A stretch of 64,000 nucleotides of DNA. Source: Fonticula alba ATCC 38817 (taxonomy: Eukaryota; Protista; Nucleariida). The position numbers were made by a program, and so were the translations under genes. Below are positions 38,601 through 51,811 of this stretch, piece by piece; position 1 is the first letter of the stretch, and each line of letters starts with the position of its first letter. Location: the NCBI GenBank assembly GCA_000388065.2, contig KB932205.1; one strand, written 5' to 3'. A model generated the notes under the pieces. The model was not told where the DNA came from. It made no database searches and saw only the letters and a list, made by a program, of their open reading frames with translations.

Positions 38601-40437
38601 CCGCCAACTGACTTGGCTCCGGCAGGGCGGCCAGCACTTCCCGTAGGACGTCCAACGGCAGTGTCTTGTCAGACAGGATGTCCCTCCAGTTGGGCTTGGC
38701 GCCGAGCTTGGGCCAGGGCCATGGGGCTGTCTGGTCCACATAGCAGGAGGCCACAAGGGCGGAGTATTTCCTGAGGCGCTTGGCCAGCGCCCCATTCGGC
38801 TGGTAACGTGGCAAGAGCAGGGTGAAGACCCGGCCATCGGGCGGCCCGAAGTCCGCGCCCATGATCAAGGGCAGCCAGGCAAGCTTGGTATCTGTGACAT
38901 CGGGGGGGGGGGGGGGGGGGGGCCAAGAGAGAGACCGGTCAGTGAAGGCACGAGCAGAGGAGGGGGCGGCAGCGGGCAAGCATGGGGCTTCGAGCGGGGC
39001 ACGGATGACGGACGGGTTGTTCGAAGGGAAGAGGCCAGTCTGGAGGAAAAGAGCGCCATCGCCCGAATGGGTGCTCGGTAGGACCTGGCTGCAAAGAAGG
39101 CAGGCTGTTCAAAGCCATTGGACTTGAGCACGAATTGCTGCCGCAAGATGGAGCTGATTTTGGCTTGGCCAAACCCATGCACAAGGAAGTCGGAGTCATC
39201 ACTGGACGCAGTAAGCCAAGGTGGAGAGGGGGCGTGAGAAACGGGGGGGGGNNNNNNNNNNNNNNNNNNNNNNNNNNNNNNNNNNNNNNNNNNNNNNNNN
39301 NNNNNNNNNNNNNNNNNNNNNNNNNNNNNNNNNNNNNNNNNNNNNNNNNNNNNNNNNNNNNNNNNNNNNNNNNNNNNNNNNNNNNNNNNNNNNNNNNNNN
39401 NNNNNNNNNNNNNNNNNNNNNNNNNNNNNNNNNNNNNNNNNNNNNNNNNNNNNNNNNNNNNNNNNNNNNNNNNNNNNNNNNNNNNNNNNNNNNNNNNNNN
39501 NNNNNNNNNNNNNNNNNNNNNNNNNNNNNNNNNNNNNNNNNNNNNNNNNNNNNNNNNNNNNNNNNNNNNNNNNNNNNNNNNNNNNNNNNNNNNNNNNNNN
39601 NNNNNNNNNNNNNNNNNNNNNNNNNNNNNNNNNNNNNNNNNNNNNNNNNNNNNNNNNNNNNNNNNNNNNNNNNNNNNNNNNNNNNNNNNNNNNNNNNNNN
39701 NNNNNNNNNNNNNNNNNNNNNNNNNNNNNNNNNNNNNNNNNNNNNNNNNNNNNNNNNNNNNNNNNNNNNNNNNNNNNNNNNNNNNNNNNNNNNNNNNNNN
39801 NNNNNNNNNNNNNNNNNNNNNNNNNNNNNNNNNNNNNNNNNAGAGAGAGAGAGAGAGAGGAAGAGAGAGGGAGGAAGAGAGAGGAAGGGAGGGACGGCAA
39901 ACGCACCTTATCCCAAGGAGGAGGCTCGAGACGTCACGGTCGGGGGCCGCCTGGTAGCCGTCCGTGTACTTGGTTAGGGCGCGGCGTAGATTTTGAGTCT
40001 TCTGGCCAAAGCGCCCAGCCACAGTTGCGCTCTTCTCGGGGGCATTCATGCCGTCGGCCACGAAGACAGGGTAGATCTAAGGTGTCGGAAAGCCGCAAGA
40101 GAAGGGGCAGGAACACGGAGCCCATGGATGCAGGAAGGGCTTTGGTCAGGAAACCGGCGAGACAGGCTCTCGGGTGACGCCAGGGGGGGGGGGGACAACA
40201 TACCTGATGGTGAGACAGCCATTCAATGAGCGCACTCAGGTATGGGACAATCAATGGCGGGTCGAAGGCCAGGCTTCGAGTTTGACCCTCATACAGGTTG
40301 GTATTCTGGCACAGCTCATACACCAGGCTGCCGACATCGATGGGCAAAACACGCAGACTGCCCTTCGACGGGGTGAGGAGCTCCGATTGGAAGGGGACCT
40401 CCTGAAGGAGGAGCGAGGTCAGACGGAAGACACCCAT
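35680..40437 (-). CDS. XPG/FEN1-superfamily (Asteroid-like) nuclease, array copy 7 (~1320 aa; one exon hidden in a gap)
   Basis: Exons 40437-40204, 40076-39907, [exon expected in gap 39252-39841], 39201-39014, 38891-35680. Motifs MGVFRL, LPID, FVADG..PEK, DDSDF, LIMGADF. The EADD exon is not visible. Confidence 0.74.
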
Positions 40438-40456
40438 CCCAACGGAGGAGACTGAG

Positions 40457-40522
40457 GCGGCAGCGGCAGCGGCAGCGGCGGCGGCGGCGGCAGCGGCGGC
40501 AGCGGCGGCGGCGGCGGCGGCG
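40457..40522. repeat. (GCG/GCA)n trinucleotide repeat just upstream of the copy 7 start codon
   Basis: About 22 GC-rich triplets ending about 20 nt before the ATG at 40437. Confidence 0.92.
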
Positions 40523-43500
40523 GTGACGAAGAGGCGAAGGGGAGAGGCGGCCTCAGGAGAAGTGATCCAGGCAACTGATGCAAAACAGGAGGAAAGGGAG
40601 GAGGGTAGTGGAGTGGAATCAGGAGGTGGAGGACATATATGGCCAGGGAGAAGTCCACCTTGGGAGCGAGGCGACTTTTGAGAAACCTGGTGGATCGCCC
40701 TGCGGGGGTCACCCCCACCCAGCAATCCGGCAGATGGAGTGTCTCTTGCCCGCTCCCGCCACCACCGCCACTACACTCGCCGAACCAAGAAAGACTTGGC
40801 AACAAGATGTGAGAGATGGAAAGAAGCGAGCGGACACCGAGAGGGGGGTGCCAGTTTGCCCCTACCATGCGGTAGACCCGGCCGGCACTCGGCAGTTAGA
40901 TGAGCAGCCAACGGCCGGACCCCTGCCCCGCCCCCACCCCCGCAAGACCGCGCATGAAACCACGATCGAGTCACGGCGCATGACTCAGGCGTTCTGGTAT
41001 ATTCTCATGATTTAGATCGATCACCCACGCACGCCGGCCCCCGGTGCTGCAGGAGAATGCGCTGGCACCTCTGGGGGACCGCGCGCGTGCCCGGTCTCCG
41101 TGGTCCGGCGCGCGTCACAGGTGCCGAGCATGTGCGCGCGAGCGCGTTGCCCAAGATGGCCAGGGCCAGCATGCACTTGCGCCAAAGGGGGCGGGGAAAA
41201 TCCCCCAGCCGGAGTGATTGCCCGTGGTCAGGACTGGTGAGACAAGCGACCTTGACCGGCGATCCGGGTGGGGCCCATGCTGCCCGGTGTTGTGGCCTAT
41301 TTTCCCCCTTTGCTCGGGGGGGATTAGCCCACCCGGCCTACTGGCGCGATCACCAGATCGGGGGGAGGCCCGGGGCAAGCCCACGATCTAGCCAACGGTG
41401 CTTCGAGTCTGGCCGCGGCCAGGAGAGAGCCCGCACATCGGCCCCTGTCAAGGGTCGTCTCATGATCGCGCGGAGTGGCGTCCTTTTGCCGAGGTCTCGA
41501 TGCGTAGCATTGTCACACGGGGAGAAACAGCGCAAGGGGGATGTAGCTGCATTCCCCCTGCTGGTGGGCAGGTCCGGCGACATAGGGCACAGCCGTCGCC
41601 CGGACCAGCGGCAGCGTGAAGCCGAATGGCTGGGAAGACCCATCGAAAGGCATCTCACGAGGGGCCGCGGCGTCCCTCGATGCAGATGCCGGGCCCTTTC
41701 CAGGTGTTTGAGCTTGATCCAGGCCTTGGTATTGGGGTCAGGTGCGACGCACTTGGCCCTTGCCGAAGAAGAGCAGGGCTTTGTCCTGGTCATCCCGGGG
41801 GAGGGGGGGGGAAGAGCCCCTCTTCAGGGTGGCAAGCACAGACTGTCCCATCGGAAACAAACCCACACGCCGGCGGAGAGCAGCATGTCGGAAGAGTGTT
41901 AGGCGCATGGTCGGAGTCTCCCTTTTTTTATAGTGCAGATACGCCCCTCAGCCTGTGACACCGTGCTGGCCAACTTTGCCTCTTGCCAAGCTGCCCTCGG
42001 CGAGGACAGGCCTCTGTCGAACACCGCACCTTGAGCATGGATAGGCCGGGGGTGGGGGGAAAGGGATGCGAGCCATTTCCAATGCACAGAACAATGGACA
42101 GCCCGGGGTGACAACCAAGACATGGCCCCTTCATGCCCTTGGCCATCGCCGTATGAAAGGACAGGACCGTGCGCTGCCTATGCCTGTCGCAGGGCCTGGC
42201 GTAGCCTTGATGTGGCACGTACACCGGTGCGGGACTCCTTCAGCAACAGCAACAGCATCGCACCCGAAGAAAAAGGCCCATCCTCAGCTGGCGACTGCCC
42301 TCCGACGGGGGACGGGCCATGGAATGATCACGGCCCATGGGCAGCGTCCCGACTCATGACACTGGCCGAGGGCCCAGCCGCTGAGGCATGAGCCACGACA
42401 ATCTGGCGCGAGCGCGGACAAGTGGCCGGTGTGTGAGCTCTCTGGGGACTCTCCGGTTCCCAGTCCGGGGCCCCGAACTCTTCAAAGCAGGGGGCCACTT
42501 ATGGTCTTTGGCTGCCTCGGCGCGAGAGGGGCACAGACTGCCGGACAAAGCCCCGCCAATGGGGGAATAGAGAGGGAGAGAGGAGCAGAGGTGGGACTGG
42601 GGGGGGGGGAACGCACTCAGGGCTGCCCCACAGGCAGTTGATCAGTCAGCCCACAGGGAGCTGGCTTAACTTTAATTGTGATCGGGCGCACCAACGCCAC
42701 GCCATCGCGTGATGTGGTCCTGTAGCGTGATCACTATCTCGGCGATATTTCCGCCCGCGTCTGGCCCCCGCCCTGCAGCGCGCGGGGCCGAGACAAGAGG
42801 GCCCCTCCGCCCCTTTTCATACTCCTCGGCGGAAAATACCCCCCCGCCAGGGCCGGTGCCCATCGTCCAGCGGCGGCCCCGCTGTGCGTCCTGTGCCCCC
42901 CGGCTGTCTCTCTGGGCTTCGCGTTCGGAGGCGCCATCCGCGGGAAAACCATCAAGCTCGGCCAAGGGCGAGAGGGAAGAGTATTTCGCATTAATTATCT
43001 CTCATTAATGGGTCGAGCTTCTCCCGGCACGCATTCGCCTACTGGGGGCTGCTTGGGTCCTTCTCGGGTGGGGCGGCGAGGGAACCTATCGCAGGCGGGG
43101 CCTGCGGAAGTCGTACGATTTTTTCGAGCGTTATTTTTTTCGGGGGTTGGGCTTGCGCCAGGAGCCCCTCACTCTTTTTCTTCGTCCCGGCGATATGTTG
43201 TTTTCCCTCGCCGACCGAAGTTATCCGTCCTCAGTGGCATTCTCCCCCCCTGGCTTCATGCTCCGATCGACCGGCNNNNNNNNNNNNNNNNNNNNNNNNN
43301 NNNNNNNNNNNNNNNTGGCGGCCAGTCTCCAACGGAAGATTGTCGTGCGCGCCCGCGCAGCAGGGCGGTCCCCCCCCCTCCCCCCCCCACCGACTCGCAA
43401 TCCGTGGTGATGTGATGTCGGGTGTTTATTTGATCCCACAAGGCCGATCCCCCAGAGCCGTCGATCTTGGCTACCTATTCACATTCTCCCCTCGCTTCCC

Positions 43501-43556
43501 CCCCCCCCTCCCCCATTCGCCCCCAGTCACCCTCCCTACTCCTCCCCATACCAAAC

Positions 43557-44778
<1,222 letters not shown>

Positions 44779-46882
44779 GCGCGCACATGCGCACGCGGCT
44801 CCCTCCCTCCCCCCCTTCTTCTTTCACATTGCATTCTTTGTCCTCCCCCCCCCCCCGCCCCTCCGCTCCTCCTTCCCCGTGTGTGTGTGTGTGTGAGAAG
44901 CACCTCCTGCACTTGTGCATGGGCGGCTGTCAACACACACGTGCAAGCAGGAGTGCAGTCAGCCGGCGCGCGCAGATCGCTCGCCTCCTACCTTCCCCCC
45001 TCCCCCTCCCCTGGTCCTTCCCCCGGGGGGCCGACCAAATGAACGCCCCCTCTCTCTTGTCCGGTTCTCGCCTCTCCTCGCGTGGGCACGCGTGTCGCCC
45101 TCACTGGCCGGGATGTGCGGATGGAAATGCACCGGCGCCCCGGGGTCGTGCCGTGTCATGGTGGCGGCGCCTCCTGGCGCGACCCGCTTGGCCGAGACGG
45201 AGCGGGGGCAAGTGAATGGGGCCGGGCCGCGGACTGGGCGTGGATCGCAGGCGAAAACAAACAACCGGCGCGTGACAATGCGCAGGTCACACGAGCGGTC
45301 TGGGATTGCGTCTCGGAATGGCATTCCACCAGATGCCGGTGGTGGCACGCAGGAGTGCTTGCGTTGGGGGTCCTGTGGTTGAGGCCGGTCGCGCGTGCGT
45401 GCCTTGCGGTATGCCCCCCCCCCCCGCAGGCCGGGTGGAATAGGACCGCTGAGGGGGGGGGGCCGTGGATGCTGGCCGGGCGCGGAGAAGTGCGGGTCGT
45501 CTGCCCTTGTTGCGGCACACATCGAGGGATCTCCGGGCTGGAGGGCGCCCGCGAGGTCCTGGTACCTATATAAGGGGGACCCCTGACGGCCGGCTATCCT
45601 GCCGCTCGGTCCCCACACCATCGTCGGCCCGGCTGTCCGCTGGCCTTTTTCGCGTACGTTGTTCTTTCTCCGGTCCCTCCTTTGCCGCTTCTTTTCTTTC
45701 CCCCCCCCCTCTGCCGCGCACGGCCACATGTGTGCGCGCGCGCGCCCCCCGCGTTTGCTCTGTCGCCTGATGACCGTAACTAGATAGGGACAACCGACCT
45801 CATAATGAGGAGAACATGGTTAGGGCGGGGGAGACCCCGCTGGTCTGATGACACTGAGCCTCGCAATGCCCCGCCTCTCTCTCTCTCTCCCCCCTCCCCT
45901 TTCGTCTTTGCCTCTTTCTCTCCCTCACTCACGCTCCATTGTTGCCCCCCTCTTCTCCCCCTCTCCTCCCTGTAGCTGCCCGAAGATGCGCGCGCGCGCG
46001 CGCGCGCACCACTGCGGCCTCCCTTTTCCTTTAAAAATTGAATACTGTCCCATGCGCGCCCTCCTTCGCCTGCTTTTCCCTGGTTGCGCCCACGGCGCAC
46101 GATACACGTGCACCGCCCGCGCGTGCCCCCCCCCCCCTGTGCAGTGTCTTGCGTGTCCTGTGTGGTCCTCTGTGTCTGTCCCCGAGTCGGCCTTTTCCTC
46201 CCTTTTCCCCGCCCTCCCCCCCCCCCCCTCCCCCATATCCCGCAAGGGGGACCTGGCCGGCGGAAGGTTCCGGGCGGTGATGGGGGCAGGGGCCCCCTTT
46301 GCCCCGTCGGGGATTGTTCGCGAGAGATGTCTTCCCGCACATGCCAATCCTCCTGCCGCTCTCCAGTGCATTCTGGCCACTGCGCCGGGTGCACTGGCAC
46401 ACGCCTCTGTGCTTGCCCTCTCGTCCCCCCCCCCCTGGGAGAAAAGATGGACGCGCACCAGGCCAGTATGGTTGCAACGGTCTGGGAGGGGGGGGGGGAC
46501 AGGGAGCCGGACGGGGCAGGCTCGGTCGTGGGGGAGGGGACGCGCAGGCCGGGGCACCCCGCCCGGCGCGGGGGGGGGGGGGGGCGGGCACTGGGTATGT
46601 GTCTGTCCCCTGGGCGATGTGTGTCATGTTGTCCCCTCGGGCCCTTCCCCGGGGGCCGCCCCTGCCGGCTGATTGGCAGAGCCTGGCCCAGCCGGCAGAG
46701 AGAGAGAGAGAGAGAGTGAGAGAGACCCGGGGCCGGGCTCTTGTTTTTCCACCGCAAGCCGGCCGATCACCCGGGCCGTATTTATAGGCCGCCCCCCGCG
46801 AGTCCCTCGACCAGAGGGTCTCTTTCCCCGGACCTTACCTCCCCCCCTCAGCCCTTCTTCCCCGCCCTCCTGAAGCCAACCA

Positions 46883-47667
46883 ATGACCACCGCCATGCCC
46901 GCCAAGCAGATTGTCCCGCACTCGGCGCTCCCGGCCTTCATCCAGCCCCACATCGCCACCATGATCCAGATGGCCATCGCCTCGAAGGATGGCTCCTACT
47001 CGGTTTACAGCAAGTTCCGCGTCGGCGCCTCCCTGCTGGCCTACCCCACGCGCGAGTTCTTCCTCGAGGCTACCGCCGCCGGGGCCCAGCCCATCCCCGC
47101 CCTGCCGCTGGACGGGTCCTGCCCCTCGGAGGCCGCCGGCCAGACCGGGCCCCAGATCATCCCCGGCGCCAATGTCGAAAACGCCAGCTACGGCCTGACC
47201 GTCTGTGCCGAGCGCACGGCCGCTGTGCGCGCCATCACCGGTGGCCGGCGCTACTTTGCCGCCTGCGTTGTCGCCGCGTGCGTTCGCCCTTCTTCCCTTG
47301 CTCCTCCTCGTGCCCCGTGGGGCCCTGGTGTGCTCTCTCCCTGGGACCTGACACTCACATGCTTCCCCCCCCCCCCCCGCGTATGCTCTTCTTGTCCGGC
47401 CTGCAGCGATGACGAGGAGTCCGATGTCTGGCCCTGCGGTGCCTGCCGGCAGTTCCTGGCCGAGGTGCGCCCCTCCTTCATTCCGCCCCGCCCCCCCCCC
47501 CTCGAGCATGTTCCCCATTCTGACCCTTGCTCAATGACCGCCCGGCTTCGTAGTTTGGCCTGGACACCCTGATCATCACCATTCGCCCGAACGGCGACAT
47601 CTCCAACGTTCTGACCATCAACGAGCTCCTGCCCAATGCCTTCACCCCGGCCAACCTGTTCAAGTAG
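46883..47667 (+). CDS. CDA: Cytidine deaminase (homotetrameric type, ~188 aa, 3 exons)
   Basis: Exons 46883-47277, 47407-47464, 47554-47667. Motifs YSKFRVGASLL, GANVENASYGLTVCAER, PCGACRQFLAEF, ELLPNAF. Confidence 0.93.
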
Positions 47668-47865
47668 CGGCGCCACAGTCCCCCCTCGCCCCTGCCCGGC
47701 CACCCCTTTCCTTCCCTGCGTGCCTTCTTGCCGCATATTGGCCCCCCCCGGGCCTCGCCCTCGGAGATGAAAAATACACACACAATGAAATAGCCGTTCT
47801 ATTTCCATCCGGAGGGAGGGGGAGGGGAGGGGGGGGGGCACCGTTCACGGGCAAGGAAAGGCCCC

Positions 47866-50222
47866 CTACCCGAGGGCCAGCAGCATGTCAGCCACCTGGG
47901 ACAGGTCATACTTGTAGTCGATGATGGCCTTCAGCAGGAAGCGGTAGTGCTCGAGGAGCTGGTCCTCGGTCAGGGGCCGGCTTGGGTCCCGGGCCCGGGG
48001 CTGGTAGATGTTCAGCTCGTCCAGCTGGCCGTACAGGTCTAGCAGGGTGACCAGATGGTCGTAGTCGGCACGGCTGCCAGGCGAGGGATTCGGGTGGAGC
48101 AGGGCAATGGCCTCGCCGAGGGGGCCGGCATCATACCCCACCGGCTCCATCTGGAGGAACATCTGCTGCTGCACCGGGGACAGGCGCGCGAGGACGCGGT
48201 CACGAGACACGCGCGCCGCGGCGCCGGCCACTGGCTGAGGCCCGCCATACGGGGCGGCTGGCGGGCCGCCCGGCGGGTGCTGCCCATACGGACCACCCGC
48301 GCCGCCGGCACCGCCCCCGGCACCATAGGGAGACCCGCCGGCCACATAGGGAGGGGCGTTGCCCTGCGAAGGGTAAGGCCCCCCGGAGAAGGTCCCAGGC
48401 CCGGAGGGAGAGGCCCCGGTGCCCGGGGGCCCGCCTGCATAGGGCGCAGGGCCGCTGCCAGCCCCGGGGTAGGGATTTGGCCGGGCATGCGGCGGGACGC
48501 CCCCGGCAGACGGGGCCCCCGGGTATGGCGGATAGCCGGGCGAGGATGAGGCATTTGGTCCGGGAGTCGGGGCGTACGGCCCACCGGGAGAGGGGTGGCT
48601 ACCGGGGATCGGGGCATACGGGCCACCGGGGGATGGCTGGCTCCCTGGCGGCGAGGCGCCCGGGCGGTGGGGATACCCCGGATGCGCGGAGGGGGGCCCG
48701 CCGGCCCCGGGATAGGGGCTGCTCCCGCTGGCGGGAGGATACCCCGCCGTCGCGCCATATGGAGAGGGCTGCAGTGGAGGGAAACGCGCATCGGACATGG
48801 GGTTAGGCCGTTGTGGGATCTCAGGAGCCAAGCGAGAGAGAGAGAGAGAGGGCGGGGGAGGGCGAGCCGAGGAGGCGGGAGGTACCTGCGGAGGGCGGCT
48901 CGGCTGCGCAGAGTAGGGAGATGGATAGGAGGGATAGCCGGGTGTCGAGCCTGGCCCGGGAGTCGGGGCATAGGGGTCTATGTCGTGTGTCAGTCGACCG
49001 GCCCAGGGAGCGGGAGGCGGATGGAGAGGGAGGAAGCCAGCAGCGGAAGCATGTGCCTCCAAATGGCTACACATGCACATGTGCATGCATGCATGTGGGG
49101 AGGCGGCAAGTGGGGCATGGTGCGTACTCGGGGCTTGTGGCGTTGCGGTTGTCGGCGGGGGGCCAGCAGCAGCAGCAGCAGCAACACCAGCAGCGGGAGG
49201 GCGCTGGCCACCATACTGCCGCCAAAGGTCATCGGACGGCGTGCTGGCAGTCTGGTCCCACGCGTTCGAGGGAGAGGAGCCATGCTCGAACTCCGAGTAG
49301 TTGATCTTCGCGAAGGGGGTCGAGCGTGAGTCGCAAATCCCGAGGCCGGGGGGGGGGGGGGGGGCCAGCCGAAGAGCGACATACCTTGGGCGGCTGGTCC
49401 GCGGGCGCGGTGTTGCCGGGCTGAATGGAGTGGGTGAAGGAGGCGGCGCGGGCACGCTCACGCTCTTCGTGCTCGCGGCGTTCCTGCTCGCGGCGCTCCT
49501 GCTCCTGGCGTTCCTGCTCCTGGCGCTGGAGGCGCTCGCGCTCCTCACGCTCGCGGCGCTCGGCCTCGGCGCGGAGAAGGCGCTCATTCTCCTCTCGGGC
49601 CCGCTCCTCGCGGTCGCGGCGCTCCTGCTCCAGGCGGGCCTGCTCAGCCTCGAAGGCCGTCCGGGCGGCCTCGATCACGGCGATGCGCGTGCGCTTGAGC
49701 ACGGCGTAGCGCGCCTGGAGGTGCTGATGGTGCTCATTCTGGTCGCAGGCATGGCGGTCCAGCGCGGCCAGCTCCTCACCAAGGCGCAGAGAAAACTGAC
49801 AGACACGCACAGGGGGCAGTGGGGTCAGTGTCATGTTGGTGCGGACCCCGCCAAGGTGAGAGGCGCCATTCAATCGGGGCGAGCATGGGGCAGGGGGGCA
49901 GGGGGGGGGGTGGGCGGTGCGTACGGCGCTGGCCGGATCCAGCACAAGGTGGGGATCGGTGGCCGGGGGCTGGTTCGGGGGGATGGTGGCGATCTGCTCC
50001 GGGGTCAGAGGGCCACAGGGAACTGGGATGCTGAGGCGCTGGACCCAGGAAATGGAGTCTACACATTCCGGCGAGGGAGGGGTGTGCGGCAGGCACCGGG
50101 GCGGGGGCGTGAGCGGGACGAATGGAAGGGAGAGGGAGGAGGACAAGGGGGAGGAGAAAGAAAGGTGGGGAGAGCGCACACTCCAGCGCAGACATAGTCT
50201 CGGCAGGGCGGTTGGCAGCCAT
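47866..50222 (-). CDS. Candidate UBAP1-like ESCRT-I subunit (UMA-like N-terminus, coiled coil, P/Y/G-rich linker, C-terminal UBA/SOUBA-like helices), ~586 aa
   Basis: Exons 50222-50180, 50058-49925, 49795-49385, 49305-49128, 48977-48886, 48768-47866, total 1761 nt in frame. FSLRLGEE followed by an E/R coiled coil; KINYSEFE..NAWD; C-terminal LSPVQQQMFLQMEPVGYD..LLDLYGQLDEL..YDLSQVADMLLA. These resemble remembered UBAP1 features. Gene structure is more certain than the family assignment. Confidence 0.55.
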
Positions 50223-50520
50223 GGCCGGGAAGTGTGGGGTCTCTATGAGACGAGGTGAAAAAGGGCGACTCAGGGGAAGAAAGGGGAGGCGAGGGGGAGG
50301 ACGTGTGTGTGCGTGTGGGCGAGGGGGGATGAGGGAAGTAGAAGGGTCCCGTCCGGCCTGGCATTCTCTTCAGTGTGTCTTGGTCCCGTGGAGGGTCGCG
50401 GGCTGAGGAGGGAGCAGCACAGTCGCGATGCACGACAGATCGGGCACCGCTCAGCCCCGGGGCGGAGGGACCGGAGCAGGTACAGAGGTCCCCTGTTGCG
50501 GTGGGGGGGGGGGGGGGAGG

Positions 50521-50542
50521 GCACACGTCTGAACTCCAGTCA
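50521..50542 (+). other. Illumina TruSeq adapter fragment (assembly contamination)
   Basis: gcacacgtctgaactccagtca is an exact 22-nt match to AGATCGGAAGA-GCACACGTCTGAACTCCAGTCA-C. It follows a poly-G run and lies about 35 nt before a gap. Confidence 0.9.
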
Positions 50543-51240
50543 AGAGACCGGCCAGGGGGCTGTCCACTCAAGAAGGNNNNNNNNNNNNNNNNNNNNNNNN
50601 NNNNNNNNNNNNNNNNNNNNNNNNNNNNNNNNNNNNNNNNNNNNNNNNNNNNNNNNNNNNNNNNNNNNNNNNNNNNNNNNNNNNNNNNNNNNNNNNNNNN
50701 NNNNNNNNNNNNNNNNNNNNNNNNNNNNNNNNNNNNNNNNNNNNNNNNNNNNNNNNNNNNNNNNNNNNNNNNNNNNNNNNNNNNNNNNNNNNNNNNNNNN
50801 NNNNNNNNNNNNNNNNNNNNNNNNNNNNNNNNNNNNNNNNNNNNNNNNNNNNNNNNNNNNNNNNNNNNNNNNNNNNNNNNNNNNNNNNNNNNNNNNNNNN
50901 NNNNNNNNNNNNNNNNNNNNNNNNNNNNNNNNNNNNNNNNNNNNNNNNNNNNNNNNNNNNNNNNNNNNNNNNNNNNNNNNNNNNNNNNNNNNNNNNNNNN
51001 NNNNNNNNNNNNNNNNNNNNNNNNNNNNNNNNNNNNNNNNNNNNNNNNNNNNNNNNNNNNNNNNNNNNNNNNNNNNNNNNNNNNNNNNNNNNNNNNNNNN
51101 NNNNNNNNNNNNNNNNNNNNNNNNNNNNNNNNNNNNNNNNNNNNNNNNNNNNNNNNNNNNNNNNNNNNNNNNNNNNNNNNNNNNNNNNNNNNNNNNNNCC
51201 CCCCCCCCCTCCCCCTCGCTCCTTAGTCCCAATCATCACC

Positions 51241-51811
51241 ATGTCGTACTTCAACCAGCAGCAGGCTGCCTCCAACCAGACCTTCATGCAGGTGCGTTCC
51301 CGATGGTCGCCTTCTCGCCTGCGCGCTCCCTCCTTTATCTTTCGCTCGTCATCTTCGACGGGCGGTGGGCCCGAGGAACTGGTGCCCTGCCGTTGCTCAC
51401 CGCCTTCCCCTGCCCGACCCGGGCCTGCCTGGTTTTCCCTCCCGGGCGCCGGCACACGCGCCTCCCTCGGCCTCAGCTCGAGCATGAGATGGAGGCCATG
51501 ACCGATGTCTTCAACAAGTACGTGTGCTCGCTCCCCTTCCATCGCCTTCCCCCGGTTCCCCGTTCGAACGTCGCGCACTCACCTAGCCTCGCCTGCTGTC
51601 GGCCCAATCCAGGATCATCTCCTCCTGCCACACCAAGTGCATCCCGACCAAGTACTCGGAGTCCGACCTGAACAAGGCCGAGTCGGTTTGCGTTGACCGG
51701 TGCTTCTCCAAATACATGATTGTCCAGCAGCAGATCGGCAGCAAGCTGCAGGAGCTCAGCCAGAACGTCCAGGAGATGAACGCCGAGGCGGCTGCCCGTG
51801 CCAGCCAGTAG
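51241..51811 (+). CDS. TIM10: Mitochondrial intermembrane-space small Tim chaperone Tim10 (~96 aa, 3 exons)
   Basis: Exons 51241-51291, 51477-51517, 51613-51811. Twin CX3C: EMEAMTDVFNKIISSCHTKC..YSESDLNKAESVCVDRCFSKY. Confidence 0.9.

Noticed and set aside
1176-40437. Interpreting the seven paralogs as mobile elements or assembly duplications
   Set aside because: No terminal repeats or target-site duplications, conserved spliceosomal introns, and strong sequence divergence between copies.
40600-43500. Possible degenerate transposon or gene at the array boundary
   Set aside because: No RT, integrase or transposase motifs, terminal repeats, or coherent exon structure found by eye.
45567-46786. 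TATA-like boxes (TATATAAG at 45567-45574 on plus; TATAAATA at 46779-46786 on minus)
   Set aside because: Neither can be tied to a transcription start. The first is 1.3 kb from CDA and the second faces away from it.
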